A stretch of DNA of 64,000 nucleotides from an uncultured virus (IMG/VR IMGVR_UViG_3300037419_001523) (IMGVR_UViG_3300037419_001523), one strand, 5' to 3'. Positions 26,503 through 37,672 are shown, counted from the stretch's first letter. Notes: a model not told the origin generated them from the letters alone. Made by a program: numbers and translations.

Positions 26503-27513
26503 TTGGAGGATGATCAAATCATGTTATTAAGCGAAAAAGTTGAAGTAAAATTATGTTCTACAAATATCAAACACTTTGAAAATTTAGGTTATAAAATTCC
26601 TAGACATAGAAGTAGTAAACGAAAACCTATAAATGAGTTAACAGTTCCAAGAGGCACATGTATAACTGTATTTGTAAAAGACTTACCTAAAGGTTCTCAT
26701 ATAAAAGTTAAAGTACAGTGTGATTATTGTCCTAAAATTATTGAAAAACCTTATTTCAAATATATTGAACAAAACGAGAAAAACACTATTAATAAAGATT
26801 GTTGTGCAAAATGTCGTGGTAAGAAAACGGAAGAATACATGAGTGTTACATATGGAATATCTCATAATTCTAAACTTGATAGTTTTAGTGTATCAGTTTC
26901 AGAGAAAAATAGAGAAGATATATTAATGGTAAAAGAAGTTTTTGATAATGCAGGATATTCCATGTTAAGTGAGTATATTAATTATTCATCACCAATTGAT
27001 TTTATATGTTCAAAGCATATGGAATTAGGTGTGCAAACTACATCGTATTGTATTGTTAAAAATTATAACAGTGGGTGTAAAGCGTGTAGATATGAAAAAA
27101 TATCTAAAGAAAACTGCTACATGTGGAAAGGTGGGATCACCGATCTTTACACTCATTTGAGAACAAAAATTGATAAATGGAAAATGGATTCATTTGCTCA
27201 TCATAATTTTAAGTGTGTAATCACAGGTGAAGATGAGAATCTCGAGTTACATCATTTATATAATTTTTATAAGATTGTCGAAGAAACATTACGAGATTTG
27301 AAGATACCTGTATTAGATAAAATAAGTAAATACACTCCAGAAGAAATAAAAAGAATTGAAGTTTTATGTTTAGAAAAACATTATAAGTATGGATTCGGTG
27401 TTCCTTTGGTCGCAACAATCCATCGGGAATATCATTCTATCTATGGAAATAAAGATAATTCAAAGGAACAATTTGAAAAATTTAAACAAGATTATATTAA
27501 TAAAAGGTGGTGA
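26503..27513 (+). CDS. Putative free-standing HNH homing endonuclease with zinc-binding repeats (start possibly 26521)
   Basis: CDYC, CAKC and CKAC motifs, WKGGIT, and CVITG...LELHHL...HREYHSIYG. Confidence 0.7.
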   Translation: MEDDQIMLLSEKVEVKLCSTNIKHFENLGYKIPRHRSSKRKPINELTVPRGTCITVFVKDLPKGSHIKVKVQCDYCPKIIEKPYFKYIEQNEKNTINKDCCAKCRGKKTEEYMSVTYGISHNSKLDSFSVSVSEKNREDILMVKEVFDNAGYSMLSEYINYSSPIDFICSKHMELGVQTTSYCIVKNYNSGCKACRYEKISKENCYMWKGGITDLYTHLRTKIDKWKMDSFAHHNFKCVITGEDENLELHHLYNFYKIVEETLRDLKIPVLDKISKYTPEEIKRIEVLCLEKHYKYGFGVPLVATIHREYHSIYGNKDNSKEQFEKFKQDYINKRW

Positions 27514-27519
27514 GGAAAT

Positions 27520-28587
27520 TTGATAAAGAAAAATGATTCAACAAAAAAGGAATGTTTAAAATGTAAAAAATTAAAACGTTTCAAAGAAGACTTTTACATA
27601 TCAAGTTCTCTTAACCATGCTGACAATAAATATCCGGTCTGCAAAACATGTATTCAGTCGAGTTTAAAATTAGATGATCCAATGTCTCAAGAATCAATTG
27701 ATTCAGTTAAATCTGTTTTATTAGAAATGAATCGTCCGTTTTTGTTTTCACAATGGATTAGTTCAGTAGAAGAATCAGAAAAAACTAAAAGAAACGTTTT
27801 TGGACTGTACTATAAGAGTGTAATCCTCAACTACAAAACCTATACTTGGTTAGATAGTGAATTTGAATTTAATCAAGATGGGTCAAATGAAATTATTCAA
27901 GCTCAAGATGGAGAAATTCAAAATGTAATAGTTCTTGATGATAGAAGTAAAGATGATGTTTTAAGAATGCTTGGCTATGATCCTTTTGAACACGAGTCAA
28001 AAGAGGATAAAAAACAATTATATAATAGACTTGTTGACTTTCTTGACGAAAGTGCATTGGAAGATGGCTTTAAACTTCAAGCTGTCATTGAGATTGTAAA
28101 AGGATTCAATCAAATTGATAAGATTAATCACGCAATTACCAATATTACTAGTGATGTCGGTAAATTAGCTACAAATTCAGGTGGTATTAAGTCTTTAATT
28201 GACTCCAAGAAAAATATCCTTGCTTCCTTAATGAAACTTGCTGAGGATAATGGTATATCTGTAAAACATAATAACCAAAAAAGTAAGGGTGCAGGAACTT
28301 TATCTGGAATTATTAAGACTCTTCAAGAAAAAGGTTTTGAAGAAGGAGAAGTTAATCTTTTTGATATTGAAACTGCACAGGGCATTAGACAAGTTGCTGA
28401 TTTAAGTAATCAAAGTATTTTTGCACAGTTACAGTTTGATGAAAATGATTATACAGCTATGATAATGGAACAAAAAGAAATCATTCAAGACTTGGATACT
28501 AGAGTAATGAAACTTGAAGAAGAAAACCGACTTTTAAAAAAAGAAATAATTAAATACAGAAAGTTAGAAAGTGATATAGATGAGTAA
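27520..28587 (+). CDS. YonG-like protein, candidate terminase small subunit/packaging factor
   Basis: N-terminal CxxC...CxxC, C-terminal coiled coil; overlaps the terminase start. Confidence 0.55.
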   Translation: MIKKNDSTKKECLKCKKLKRFKEDFYISSSLNHADNKYPVCKTCIQSSLKLDDPMSQESIDSVKSVLLEMNRPFLFSQWISSVEESEKTKRNVFGLYYKSVILNYKTYTWLDSEFEFNQDGSNEIIQAQDGEIQNVIVLDDRSKDDVLRMLGYDPFEHESKEDKKQLYNRLVDFLDESALEDGFKLQAVIEIVKGFNQIDKINHAITNITSDVGKLATNSGGIKSLIDSKKNILASLMKLAEDNGISVKHNNQKSKGAGTLSGIIKTLQEKGFEEGEVNLFDIETAQGIRQVADLSNQSIFAQLQFDENDYTAMIMEQKEIIQDLDTRVMKLEEENRLLKKEIIKYRKLESDIDE

Positions 28588-30370
28588 GGAAAATTTATCA
28601 CAAAGAAAAATTGAAGGTTATCTGAAGTTAGCTGAAATTATTCAATGGGGTAGAAAAAATCCGGTTAAATTTGTAGAGAGATTTTTCGGAATGGAATTAC
28701 TTGATTATCAAAAGTATGTCTTTATGGAAAGTTGGTATAAACAATATGTACTTTGGTGTATGGGACGTAACAGTGGTAAAACTACATTGGGAAGTCCTTT
28801 TATTATGGCTAAAAGTTTATTGATACCAAACTTCCAAGCGTATATTCTTGCTGGTGTGGGTTCTCAATCACAAGAAATGTTCTTGAAAATTGAAAAGATA
28901 GCAAAACGTGAAATTGCTTCTTTTACAGGTCTGACAGATATCTTCTATAACGAAACAGTTAAAAGTGCTGCTAATACTGATGGATTCACTCACAATCCTG
29001 CTTCTTTTCAATACAAACTATATAATGGTTCTATTGTAAATTCACTAAATGGTTCATTTGATAACAACCGTTCTAAACGGTCAAATTTAAATTTTTATGA
29101 TGAATCAGGATTTGCTCCTGATGAATTATTTACAACTTCTGAACCGTTTGCAGTACAGAACAGTGACTTCCGATTAGGTGGAGATGTTGACGTTACTCTC
29201 TTCCCTAAACAAATGCCAAACCAATTAATTTATGCTTCTTCTGCTTCATCAACAGACACATATTTCTTTAGAAAATATTCCGATTTTGCAAAGAAAATGT
29301 TTTTAGGTGACAAGAGATATTTCGTTGCAGATATTAGTTCAGATATAGTTATTAACGCAACGTTTAACGGAAAATTATACCCTGTTTCCCTTCTATCTCA
29401 AGAAACTGTTGATGCTGCAATGCGTGAAAACAAAGAAAAAGCAATGCGAGAGTATAAGAATATTTTCACGACTGAAGGTTCAGACCAACAAATTATTAAA
29501 CGTGCAATGATTATTCGAAATTCAACATTAAGACCACCTACACTGGCGAATCCAAGCAATCAAAAATTCGCTATGGCGGTTGACCCTGCACGAAACCATG
29601 ATAATTCTGTATGTACTGTTGGTGAGATTATTTTTGATGAAAATGTTGGTTATAAAATGAAAATAGTTCATAACGTAAGTTGGACTGACATTGAAAAGAA
29701 AAAGAAAACTCCTATGAAAACCCCTGATCAAATTAAAGACTTTAAACGAATGCTTATTGATTTTAACGGAAATCAAGTTGCAGATTATGAAAACATTGAA
29801 GCTGTAATGATTGACGCTGGTGCTGGTGGTGCAGGTATGAGTGCATGGGCAGACGGTCTTTTAGAAGATTGGACAGATGAAAAAGGAGTTACTCATAGAG
29901 GGGTAATTGATGCTTCCCATGAAGAATATCAAACTTATTTGAGTAAATACCCTAATGCAGTTGATAAACTGAAACTTCTTTCACCTCAAAAATATAAACG
30001 TGAAATGTTTGAAGCATTAATTGAAATGATGAAATTAGACTTAATATCCTTTACTGAAAATTACGATTACAAAGGTGAATTAATATTTAACAACAATGAA
30101 GGAAAAGCAACTAAATATAAACTTACAATTGAAGAAGAAGCATCATTAATTAACATTGATATTGCTAAAGAAGAATTAGTAAGTATTTATGCATTTAAGA
30201 GTACAAACGGAAATGTTAGATATGATTTACCACCTGATAAACAAAATAAAATGGGTGATGACCGAGCGTATACAATAGCAATGTTGGCATGGTATTTACA
30301 ACAGTTAAGAAGACAGAATATCACTAAAAAAGAAAATTCCGATTACGAATTCGGATTCTTCTTCAATTAA
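28580..30370 (+). CDS. Terminase large subunit (YonF-like)
   Basis: LLDYQ, GRNSGKT Walker A, FYDE Walker B, AVDPAR nuclease and DDRAY motifs. Confidence 0.92.
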   Translation: MSKENLSQRKIEGYLKLAEIIQWGRKNPVKFVERFFGMELLDYQKYVFMESWYKQYVLWCMGRNSGKTTLGSPFIMAKSLLIPNFQAYILAGVGSQSQEMFLKIEKIAKREIASFTGLTDIFYNETVKSAANTDGFTHNPASFQYKLYNGSIVNSLNGSFDNNRSKRSNLNFYDESGFAPDELFTTSEPFAVQNSDFRLGGDVDVTLFPKQMPNQLIYASSASSTDTYFFRKYSDFAKKMFLGDKRYFVADISSDIVINATFNGKLYPVSLLSQETVDAAMRENKEKAMREYKNIFTTEGSDQQIIKRAMIIRNSTLRPPTLANPSNQKFAMAVDPARNHDNSVCTVGEIIFDENVGYKMKIVHNVSWTDIEKKKKTPMKTPDQIKDFKRMLIDFNGNQVADYENIEAVMIDAGAGGAGMSAWADGLLEDWTDEKGVTHRGVIDASHEEYQTYLSKYPNAVDKLKLLSPQKYKREMFEALIEMMKLDLISFTENYDYKGELIFNNNEGKATKYKLTIEEEASLINIDIAKEELVSIYAFKSTNGNVRYDLPPDKQNKMGDDRAYTIAMLAWYLQQLRRQNITKKENSDYEFGFFFN

Positions 30371-30398
30371 ACAAAAATAATTAAAAGGAGGTGTTTAC

Positions 30399-31928
30399 GT
30401 GACAGAAGAAAATCAAGTCTCTTACGAGTTTAACACCAACCTATCTTCCCTTGAATCTTTAATTATGGGAACGTACTATAATGTCATTAATTATGAACAA
30501 GTTAAGAAATGGCTTAAAGATTACATAGCAAATAATCGTGAAATTAGAAGAACTTCAAGATTTTTATACAGTTCTAATGGTATTTATACAAATGTAATAG
30601 ATTACATGGTTGCTCTCCCTACTCTTGATAGAGTAATTTATAGTCTTAATAGAAATCATATTCGATTTAAGAAAAACAAAGACATGTATCTTCTAGCATT
30701 AAGAAAAATGAAAGATAAATTGATTGCTAGAGATATTCTACATAAGTTAGCAGTAGATGGTACTTCTTTCTATTATTTTGAAACTACTGAAAGTCAAGAC
30801 TTACCAAAATATATGAATGATATAGATATTGAAGCAGTTAGCGAAATCAACTCTGAATTCAACTGTTCAGCTATTCCCCTTCCAATTGATTACTGTAGAA
30901 TTATAGGACGCAAGAATTCATCTTACGTTGTAGCTTTTGATGTTTCTTATTTTGATCAATTTTTAAGTAACGGCTTATCACTTAAACTTAAACGGTTTCC
31001 TAAAGAAATTAGAGAACATTACAAAAACTATAAAAAAGACTTAAATAAAAAATGGGCAGTTCTTGATAATAATAAGACAATTTGTACTAAGGTGAGGGCT
31101 AATATTGATGAACGTTGGGGTAGACCAGTTGGTTTATCTGCTTTTATTGATATGTTATATGATGAATATTTCATTGATACTAAACGGAATATCTTAGACG
31201 AAATTAATTCAACAATTGTATATCAAACTTTCCCTGAAGGTGAAACAAAAGGTACTTCTTCATTAAGTCAAAAACAACAGAAACAGCAGCATGACAATAT
31301 TAAGGGTGCATTATTCTCTAGGGGTTCACGTAAAGGGTTAAACTTCTTCTCAGTTGCTTCAGGAACTAAATTGGATAAGATTACAACAAATGTGGATTTC
31401 CTTAAAGCAAAAGGTGAAGATGAATTAATTAAACGTATCTCAACAAATTTAGGGTTTGCTGGTTCTGCTTTGAATGGACAAGACGGAAACTTTAGTTCGC
31501 AACAAACGAACATAGAAATGGTTTCTGCTGAAATATTCGCTTGGCTTGAACAAATTCAAGAAGAATTTAATAAAGTTATCAATGCTAATTTAATTAAAGA
31601 TTCAAAAGTATTTGTAGAAGTCTACTATCTCCCTATTACTCATGTTAACCGTAAACAAATGGTTGGTAATATGAAAGACTTATATACTTCTGGGCGAGGT
31701 AGTTTAACTGCGTGGATTGCTTCCACAGGTTTTAATCCTGAAGCGTATTTATCTATGATGGATTATGAGTTAGAAGAAAAGTTTGATGAAAAATATCCTG
31801 TCCACGCTACGTCATTTACCATGTCAAATAAAGATGGAAAAGATGCAGGTCGACCTTCTGACGATTTATCTCAGAATGAGAATACAATTAAGTCTAAAAC
31901 TAATGGGTCTAACGAGAATCCAAATTAG
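30399..31928 (+). CDS. Portal protein (YonE-like)
   Basis: 509 aa directly after the terminase; ERWGRP motif and C-terminal AGRP tail. Confidence 0.8.
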   Translation: MTEENQVSYEFNTNLSSLESLIMGTYYNVINYEQVKKWLKDYIANNREIRRTSRFLYSSNGIYTNVIDYMVALPTLDRVIYSLNRNHIRFKKNKDMYLLALRKMKDKLIARDILHKLAVDGTSFYYFETTESQDLPKYMNDIDIEAVSEINSEFNCSAIPLPIDYCRIIGRKNSSYVVAFDVSYFDQFLSNGLSLKLKRFPKEIREHYKNYKKDLNKKWAVLDNNKTICTKVRANIDERWGRPVGLSAFIDMLYDEYFIDTKRNILDEINSTIVYQTFPEGETKGTSSLSQKQQKQQHDNIKGALFSRGSRKGLNFFSVASGTKLDKITTNVDFLKAKGEDELIKRISTNLGFAGSALNGQDGNFSSQQTNIEMVSAEIFAWLEQIQEEFNKVINANLIKDSKVFVEVYYLPITHVNRKQMVGNMKDLYTSGRGSLTAWIASTGFNPEAYLSMMDYELEEKFDEKYPVHATSFTMSNKDGKDAGRPSDDLSQNENTIKSKTNGSNENPN

Positions 31929-31948
31929 ACAATGAAGGGGGGTGACAC

Positions 31949-33118
31949 TTGTTGAAAAGTTCTATTCTTGAATTAAACCAAAACAAGAAAATTAGTGGTA
32001 GGACTTATGTAAAATGGGTTGTATTAGAGATACATAATGATATAACTCAATATAACAAAAATGGTATTAGCTGGCGAGAACAATATATACAAAACAATCT
32101 GGAGTCAATTAAAGGTATGCCACTATGTGTTGAATTCCTATCAGATTGGGATAAAGATGAACCGTTTGGTCATGGTATGACTGATGTAAAAGACGGTGTT
32201 CCTCTCTTTGAAAATTCAGTAGTAGTTGGTGTAACTGAAAATGGATTCATAGATACAATTGAAATCAATGGAGAAAATAAAAGGGTATTGATTGCGGAAG
32301 GATATATTTATAATCAACGCTATCCTAAATTTGTCCAATGGTTGAAAAGTAAAATGTTTGATGGTGATTTTCCTGAAACTTCTGTAGAAATATGTGCTAA
32401 AGACGGAAACGAATTAATCATATATGAAGATGGATGGAAAGAAACTGGTCGTGTTCCTAAGATATTTGATTTTTCAGGTGACGCAATTTTAGGGATTGAA
32501 CCAGCAGATGATAGTGCAGTACTTTTAGAGTTAAATAATAAAGTCAAGGAGGATGACGAAATGAAAGAAACAGTTGTTGAATTAAACAATAAGATTGATG
32601 AACAGCGTTCTGAGATCAACAATCTTAAAGACGAAGTAAAAGTTAAAGATTCTACTGTTGCTGAGTTAAATGGAAAAATAGAATCAAAGCAAACTGAACT
32701 TAATTCTACAGTTGAAGAATTAAAAGAGGTTAATGCTAAACTTCAAGGTAAGGAAAAAGAACTTGAAGAAAACAAAAAAGCAAAAGAAAAAATGGAAAAA
32801 GAATTAAATGAACTTCGTGAGTTCAAACAAAAAATCGAAGACCAAAAATTGATTGGTGAATTAAATCAAAAATTAGTAACTTATTCAGATGAAGAAAAAG
32901 CGGTTGCTAAAGAAAAGATTGAGACTTTTAATAAAGAGCCTAAAGCAGAACTTATGAAAGAAATTATTTCTGAAATCAATTCTGCTATTGCTCAAAAAAT
33001 TGTTGAAGAACGTACCAAAAATGCTAATTCAGAAGTGAATAGTAAAGTAGATGACATTTATAGTGATGTTTATGAAGTAAATAACGAAGACCAAACTACT
33101 ATTGATGAATTATATTAA
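31949..33118 (+). CDS. Prohead protease-scaffold fusion (YonD-like) with a probable internal start at 32561
   Basis: Globular N-half (PFGHG, TSVEI) and coiled-coil C-half; AAGGAGG RBS before an in-frame ATG at 32561. Confidence 0.7.
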   Translation: MLKSSILELNQNKKISGRTYVKWVVLEIHNDITQYNKNGISWREQYIQNNLESIKGMPLCVEFLSDWDKDEPFGHGMTDVKDGVPLFENSVVVGVTENGFIDTIEINGENKRVLIAEGYIYNQRYPKFVQWLKSKMFDGDFPETSVEICAKDGNELIIYEDGWKETGRVPKIFDFSGDAILGIEPADDSAVLLELNNKVKEDDEMKETVVELNNKIDEQRSEINNLKDEVKVKDSTVAELNGKIESKQTELNSTVEELKEVNAKLQGKEKELEENKKAKEKMEKELNELREFKQKIEDQKLIGELNQKLVTYSDEEKAVAKEKIETFNKEPKAELMKEIISEINSAIAQKIVEERTKNANSEVNSKVDDIYSDVYEVNNEDQTTIDELY

Positions 33119-33182
33119 TAGACTGTCAAAATGACAGTTTACTATATTATTAAATTTTAAAATTACTAAGGAGGAAAAATAG

Positions 33183-33662
33183 ATGTTTAAATTTGGTACT
33201 ATTGGTGCTTTCAAACAAGTACGTAACAACCCACGTTGCAAAGCAGTTGCACAATTACAAAACGGATTGGTGGTTCTTCCTAAAGATGCAACTAAACAAG
33301 CTACTGCCCCTGCTAATGCTACTGAAGCACAAGGAGAAGTTTATGTTGTAAAGAATATTATCGACAAACCTGAAACTCTTAACAAAAAAGATTTCAAAGT
33401 TGAAATTGGTGAATATGTACGTGCATTTAACTTAGCCGATGCTAAAGACCTTACGGTTGAATTAGATGCTGCTGTTGTTTCTACTGCTTATGCTTCTGTT
33501 GCTGTTGGTGACAAACTATGCCCTGCTGTTGATGGTTCTGGTAAATGGATTAAAGCAGATGGAACAACTATTGTTTACACTAACTACAAAGTTTACCTTG
33601 AAGTATTAGAAAAGACTACTTTTGGTGATCAAGGTTTCTACGCTGTTGTGCGTGTAAAGTAA
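33183..33662 (+). CDS. Head decoration/cement protein (YonC-like)
   Basis: Lies between scaffold and capsid; strong RBS and highly biased codons. Confidence 0.65.
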   Translation: MFKFGTIGAFKQVRNNPRCKAVAQLQNGLVVLPKDATKQATAPANATEAQGEVYVVKNIIDKPETLNKKDFKVEIGEYVRAFNLADAKDLTVELDAAVVSTAYASVAVGDKLCPAVDGSGKWIKADGTTIVYTNYKVYLEVLEKTTFGDQGFYAVVRVK

Positions 33663-33702
33663 TTTAAACAAAATTAAACTAATATTTTAGGAGGTATATT
33701 TA

Positions 33703-34800
33703 ATGTTTTCTTTCGAATTAAACAATAAGCGTAATGACGCTCAATTTTCTACTGATAAACTAAATTCAAAATCCCCTGTTGTTGAAATTTTCAACGCAAT
33801 CGCTACTGGTCAAGACTTATCTAAATACGGTAAAAAAGCTGACACTGTAATGAATCACGTAAAAGAATTAGCTCAAAGAGCAACTAATGGAGATTTTACT
33901 GCAAAAGCAGAGATTAATACTATCGTTCGTTATGCAATTGAACCAAAATTAGCAAATCTTATTCAACTTTTCAGCTTCATGGGAAATTTCCATGACATCG
34001 GATATGATGAGCAACCAAAAATGAAAACTTACAAGCATGATAGCATTCGTTCTGCTTTCCAAGCTTCTCAAGGTGATGTGCCGTTTGCAGTAACTTCTTG
34101 GAGCGAATACCCTATTTCCACTAGCACAATTTCATCTGGTTACGCTGTTAACTACCGTGAAGTTGCTTCTGGAAACCTTGACAGAGTTGCCGAAGGTATG
34201 CAACAAGTACAAGTTGATATGATGAACAAGGCAATGCTTTATGTTGTTATTCAAATGTACAATGCTATCAAAAATGCTACTGGAGTTAAATATTTTGCAG
34301 AAGCTGCTGGTATTACTAAAACTTCTGTAGATGATGTATTAAAGAAAGTTAGACGTTTTGGTAAACCTTCAATTGCTGGAGATTATTCTGTTGCTTCACA
34401 ATTAAATGCGTTTTCTGGAATTGCTTCTACTTCTCCATCTGTAAACAATATTTCTCAAACAGCAATGGATGAAATTCGTCAAAATGGTCTTTTATCATTT
34501 TATAACGCTGCTCCTGTTGTAGAACTACCTAACCAATACAATTTAACTCAATTAAATACAGCAGGTGACAACTTCAAGCCATATCTTCCTGAAGGATTGC
34601 TATTTGTTTTACCACAAGGAGCAGTATCTCCTCTTCAAGTGTTCCGTAGAGGTGGATTAACTTCAATGAGTGGTAACGATGTTGTTACTGGAACTGAATT
34701 AACTCGTTTCGATATGGAAATTGGTGCAGGTGTCGCTACTGGTATGGAGTATCAAATTGGTCTAATTTCTGATACTAACTTCTCTATTCCAACACTTTAA
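33703..34800 (+). CDS. Major capsid protein (YonB-like)
   Basis: 365 aa, strong RBS, biased codons, synteny and a downstream hairpin. Confidence 0.8.
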   Translation: MFSFELNNKRNDAQFSTDKLNSKSPVVEIFNAIATGQDLSKYGKKADTVMNHVKELAQRATNGDFTAKAEINTIVRYAIEPKLANLIQLFSFMGNFHDIGYDEQPKMKTYKHDSIRSAFQASQGDVPFAVTSWSEYPISTSTISSGYAVNYREVASGNLDRVAEGMQQVQVDMMNKAMLYVVIQMYNAIKNATGVKYFAEAAGITKTSVDDVLKKVRRFGKPSIAGDYSVASQLNAFSGIASTSPSVNNISQTAMDEIRQNGLLSFYNAAPVVELPNQYNLTQLNTAGDNFKPYLPEGLLFVLPQGAVSPLQVFRRGGLTSMSGNDVVTGTELTRFDMEIGAGVATGMEYQIGLISDTNFSIPTL

Positions 34801-34865
34801 TAATTAAATAATTTAACATTAAGGGAGGATTATTTCCTCCCTGTCATAAAAAAGGAGAATGAATA

Positions 34866-35339
34866 ATGGGTATTGATTTAAATAGTCGTGTTTCTGTAAA
34901 AAACCTTTGTGAATGGGATTTACATTTTCCTCGTTTAGAAAGATCAGGAGATGTAAAATTAGTTGCTAAAGGTGTAAACCGTTTAGAAATTGGTGAAATT
35001 CAAGCACAAGTTTTTGCGAATAATACTATGTTCACTGGATTAGATGGAAAAGGTTCACATGCGAAAATTTTTATTGAGGATAAAGAAACAAGAGTATTTC
35101 TTGGTTTTGAGGATGAAGAAGGAAAAGAACCTCAAAATGTTTTAACTTCAGAAAAGATTAAAAAATTATTCGAATATAAGTCTCAATCAACTTTCGAAAA
35201 ACATGTTAAAGAAAATGTAATTTTAGAAAGTGAAAAATTAATTCTAGTTGAAGAAGCAAAGAAACTTAAAGTGAATGATTATGAAAAAATTAAATTTATT
35301 GAAGAATATACTGGATTTAAGTTTGAAACTAAGAAATAG
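34866..35339 (+). CDS. Head morphogenesis-associated hypothetical protein
   Basis: AAAGGAG RBS; directly follows the capsid gene. Confidence 0.6.
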   Translation: MGIDLNSRVSVKNLCEWDLHFPRLERSGDVKLVAKGVNRLEIGEIQAQVFANNTMFTGLDGKGSHAKIFIEDKETRVFLGFEDEEGKEPQNVLTSEKIKKLFEYKSQSTFEKHVKENVILESEKLILVEEAKKLKVNDYEKIKFIEEYTGFKFETKK

Positions 35340-35351
35340 GAGTGATGTAGA

Positions 35352-35744
35352 GTGTCTACTCCTTATCAAAAAATTGCTGATGTATTCCATTCAAAATTTA
35401 AAAGTAAAACGGTTATTGATACTACTTTAGAAGAACAATACTTCATTAATTCTCTTGGGGCTTTTGAATTAGATTTATATTCTCTTGATTACAATGATAC
35501 CCTAAATGAAATAACCAATGATTTAACTAGACCTGAAATTCTATTATTAGGAACTCTTATGTATAAGGAGTATTTAAGTCAAGAACGTGACAGAATATTA
35601 AAGTTAAATAATATAATTGGTAGAGACATTAAGTTAACTGGCTCAGGAGATAGTAAATCTAACATCAATAAAGCAATGGTTGAGTTGGAAAGTCAAATTG
35701 CAGTTATGATTGACAAATTGAAAACCAATATTTTTGATAATTAG
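35352..35744 (+). CDS. Putative head-tail adaptor
   Basis: 130-aa helical protein in the neck position. Confidence 0.55.
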   Translation: MSTPYQKIADVFHSKFKSKTVIDTTLEEQYFINSLGAFELDLYSLDYNDTLNEITNDLTRPEILLLGTLMYKEYLSQERDRILKLNNIIGRDIKLTGSGDSKSNINKAMVELESQIAVMIDKLKTNIFDN

Positions 35745-35756
35745 GAGGTAAAATGA

Positions 35757-36425
35757 ATGTCTACAAATTGGTATCTAACCTCCTCCTCTAATTATTTCTC
35801 TGGTTATGAAAATGATGAGTTTTCACAAAATGCAACTGCTGCCTTTGATGAATTATTGAACAGTTCACCTGAAACCTATTCAGTTTCAATCAATGGGATT
35901 ACAAAATCAGTCATAATTCAATTTAAAGAAGAAAATGAACGTTATTTGTTGACTCGTATTGGAGATGTTCAATTTGGTGATGTAGTCAATCACAAGAATA
36001 ATAACTGGTTAGTTGTTACCAATCCAGATGATAATAAAATGAATTTGACTACTATTATGAAATTATGTAACTCCACCTACCCTATCAAGTCTGCTGGAAC
36101 AAAAACACTTAAACTTGATTCAAATGGTAATCCTGTATTAGATAAATTCGATAATCCAGTTTATACCTATACTGAAGGAACAAACATTAGTATCCCATGT
36201 ATTGTTGAATCTTCATTTATTGCTACTGATGAGAACAAACAACTTCCACTCCCTCAAGGACAATTGCGTGTTACAATGCAGTATCGTGATGATATCAAGG
36301 TGAATGATACATTCGCAATGTTCAACAACACTTACAAGATACGTAATGTTGATTACACAAAAGTCATTAATAATAAGGGAATTATTGTTCTTTCAGTTGA
36401 AGAAGTAACAAGTGAGGTGAAGTAG
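35757..36425 (+). CDS. Putative head closure/neck protein
   Basis: Beta-rich; position in the neck module. Confidence 0.55.
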   Translation: MSTNWYLTSSSNYFSGYENDEFSQNATAAFDELLNSSPETYSVSINGITKSVIIQFKEENERYLLTRIGDVQFGDVVNHKNNNWLVVTNPDDNKMNLTTIMKLCNSTYPIKSAGTKTLKLDSNGNPVLDKFDNPVYTYTEGTNISIPCIVESSFIATDENKQLPLPQGQLRVTMQYRDDIKVNDTFAMFNNTYKIRNVDYTKVINNKGIIVLSVEEVTSEVK

Positions 36426-36426
36426 T

Positions 36427-36927
36427 GTGGTAATGTATGATGATTTTTTAAAGATAATTAAATATTTAAAGTCTGATGAAGAATTGAATAGATTACTGTA
36501 CTATCCACCTGAAGATTTAGGAAATGCTGTGCTTGATCCATTGGATAGTAGTTTACCTGCTATTATGAGTATGAACGTTGAGCAACGTGCAGGAATTATT
36601 AATAAACGTATTATGAAATCTACTAAATATAAGGATTTGGAAAAAGATTCTATTTGTAGGATTTATGTATACGCAGGTAGAAGAAACCCAAATAGCAATT
36701 ATCAATCTGCTGACCAAGAATTGGTTATTGATGTTATGTGCCATAGTGACTTTGAAAATGGGGATTTAAGATCATTAAGAATAGCAGATAGGTTAAACGA
36801 ATTGTTCTGTCAGTCTCGTTTAGTTGGTATTGGTCAAATGGATTTTGTAGGTGCAAGACAAATCAATGCTCCTTATGAATACACAGGATATCAAGTAGCC
36901 TTTACGTATAGCACGTTTAAGAAATGA
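36427..36927 (+). CDS. Putative tail terminator/completion protein
   Basis: RIYVYAG...LVIDVMCH...RSLRIADRL; position before the tail tube gene. Confidence 0.55.
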   Translation: MVMYDDFLKIIKYLKSDEELNRLLYYPPEDLGNAVLDPLDSSLPAIMSMNVEQRAGIINKRIMKSTKYKDLEKDSICRIYVYAGRRNPNSNYQSADQELVIDVMCHSDFENGDLRSLRIADRLNELFCQSRLVGIGQMDFVGARQINAPYEYTGYQVAFTYSTFKK

Positions 36928-36928
36928 G

Positions 36929-37672
36929 GTGCTATTAATGGAAATACTTAAAGATAGTGATATTCGTTTGAAGTTTCTTTTAGGTCTACCTGTTCACATT
37001 GAAGGTATAGGAAATTTCTATGCTCCAGAATTAACTAGAGTGGTAGATTTAACTGAAGGATTTTACAATATGTCCCTCTCCTCTCTCCTATTCGACAAGA
37101 AAAACTTGACTGAACAAGAAGGATTAGAAAACTATAGTAACTTTCAAATCCTATTATCAGTGATTAATCAAGATGACTCCTTTCGGGAGTTCTTTTTTTA
37201 TGGTTTGAATTTACATTTAGATACTATTCCCAACTTTCACGAAATGGGAATTGTTTACTTTGGTGAGTTTAGTGAGGATAGTATTTTGACTGAAGAGAAA
37301 TTTGAATACATAAAAAGGTTGGTTAGGATTGCTAATAATATTTCTAATCAAGAAGAAAATGATGAGTATGAATTTGGGGATGAAAAAGCAAAAGCATTGT
37401 ATGAAAGTATAAGAAAAAAGCGTGAATTGGCAGCAAAACTCAAAAAGCCAAAAATTAATCTTCATAGTATCGTTTCTGCTGTGGGTTGGAAGGCTCAAAG
37501 TTTTGATTTTGTTAGTAAACTAAATATCTATCAACTTTATGATGGGTTTTATAGATTAGGATATATAGACAACTATGAGAATACTATGACTGGAATCTAC
37601 ACAGGAAATATTGACGGTTCAAAAATAAAGTTAGCTGATATCAATTGGGCTAACATTATTGAAATAAAGTAA
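36929..37672 (+). CDS. Tail-module hypothetical protein
   Basis: ORF in the late operon; LNIYQLYDGFYRL motif. Confidence 0.6.
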   Translation: MLLMEILKDSDIRLKFLLGLPVHIEGIGNFYAPELTRVVDLTEGFYNMSLSSLLFDKKNLTEQEGLENYSNFQILLSVINQDDSFREFFFYGLNLHLDTIPNFHEMGIVYFGEFSEDSILTEEKFEYIKRLVRIANNISNQEENDEYEFGDEKAKALYESIRKKRELAAKLKKPKINLHSIVSAVGWKAQSFDFVSKLNIYQLYDGFYRLGYIDNYENTMTGIYTGNIDGSKIKLADINWANIIEIK

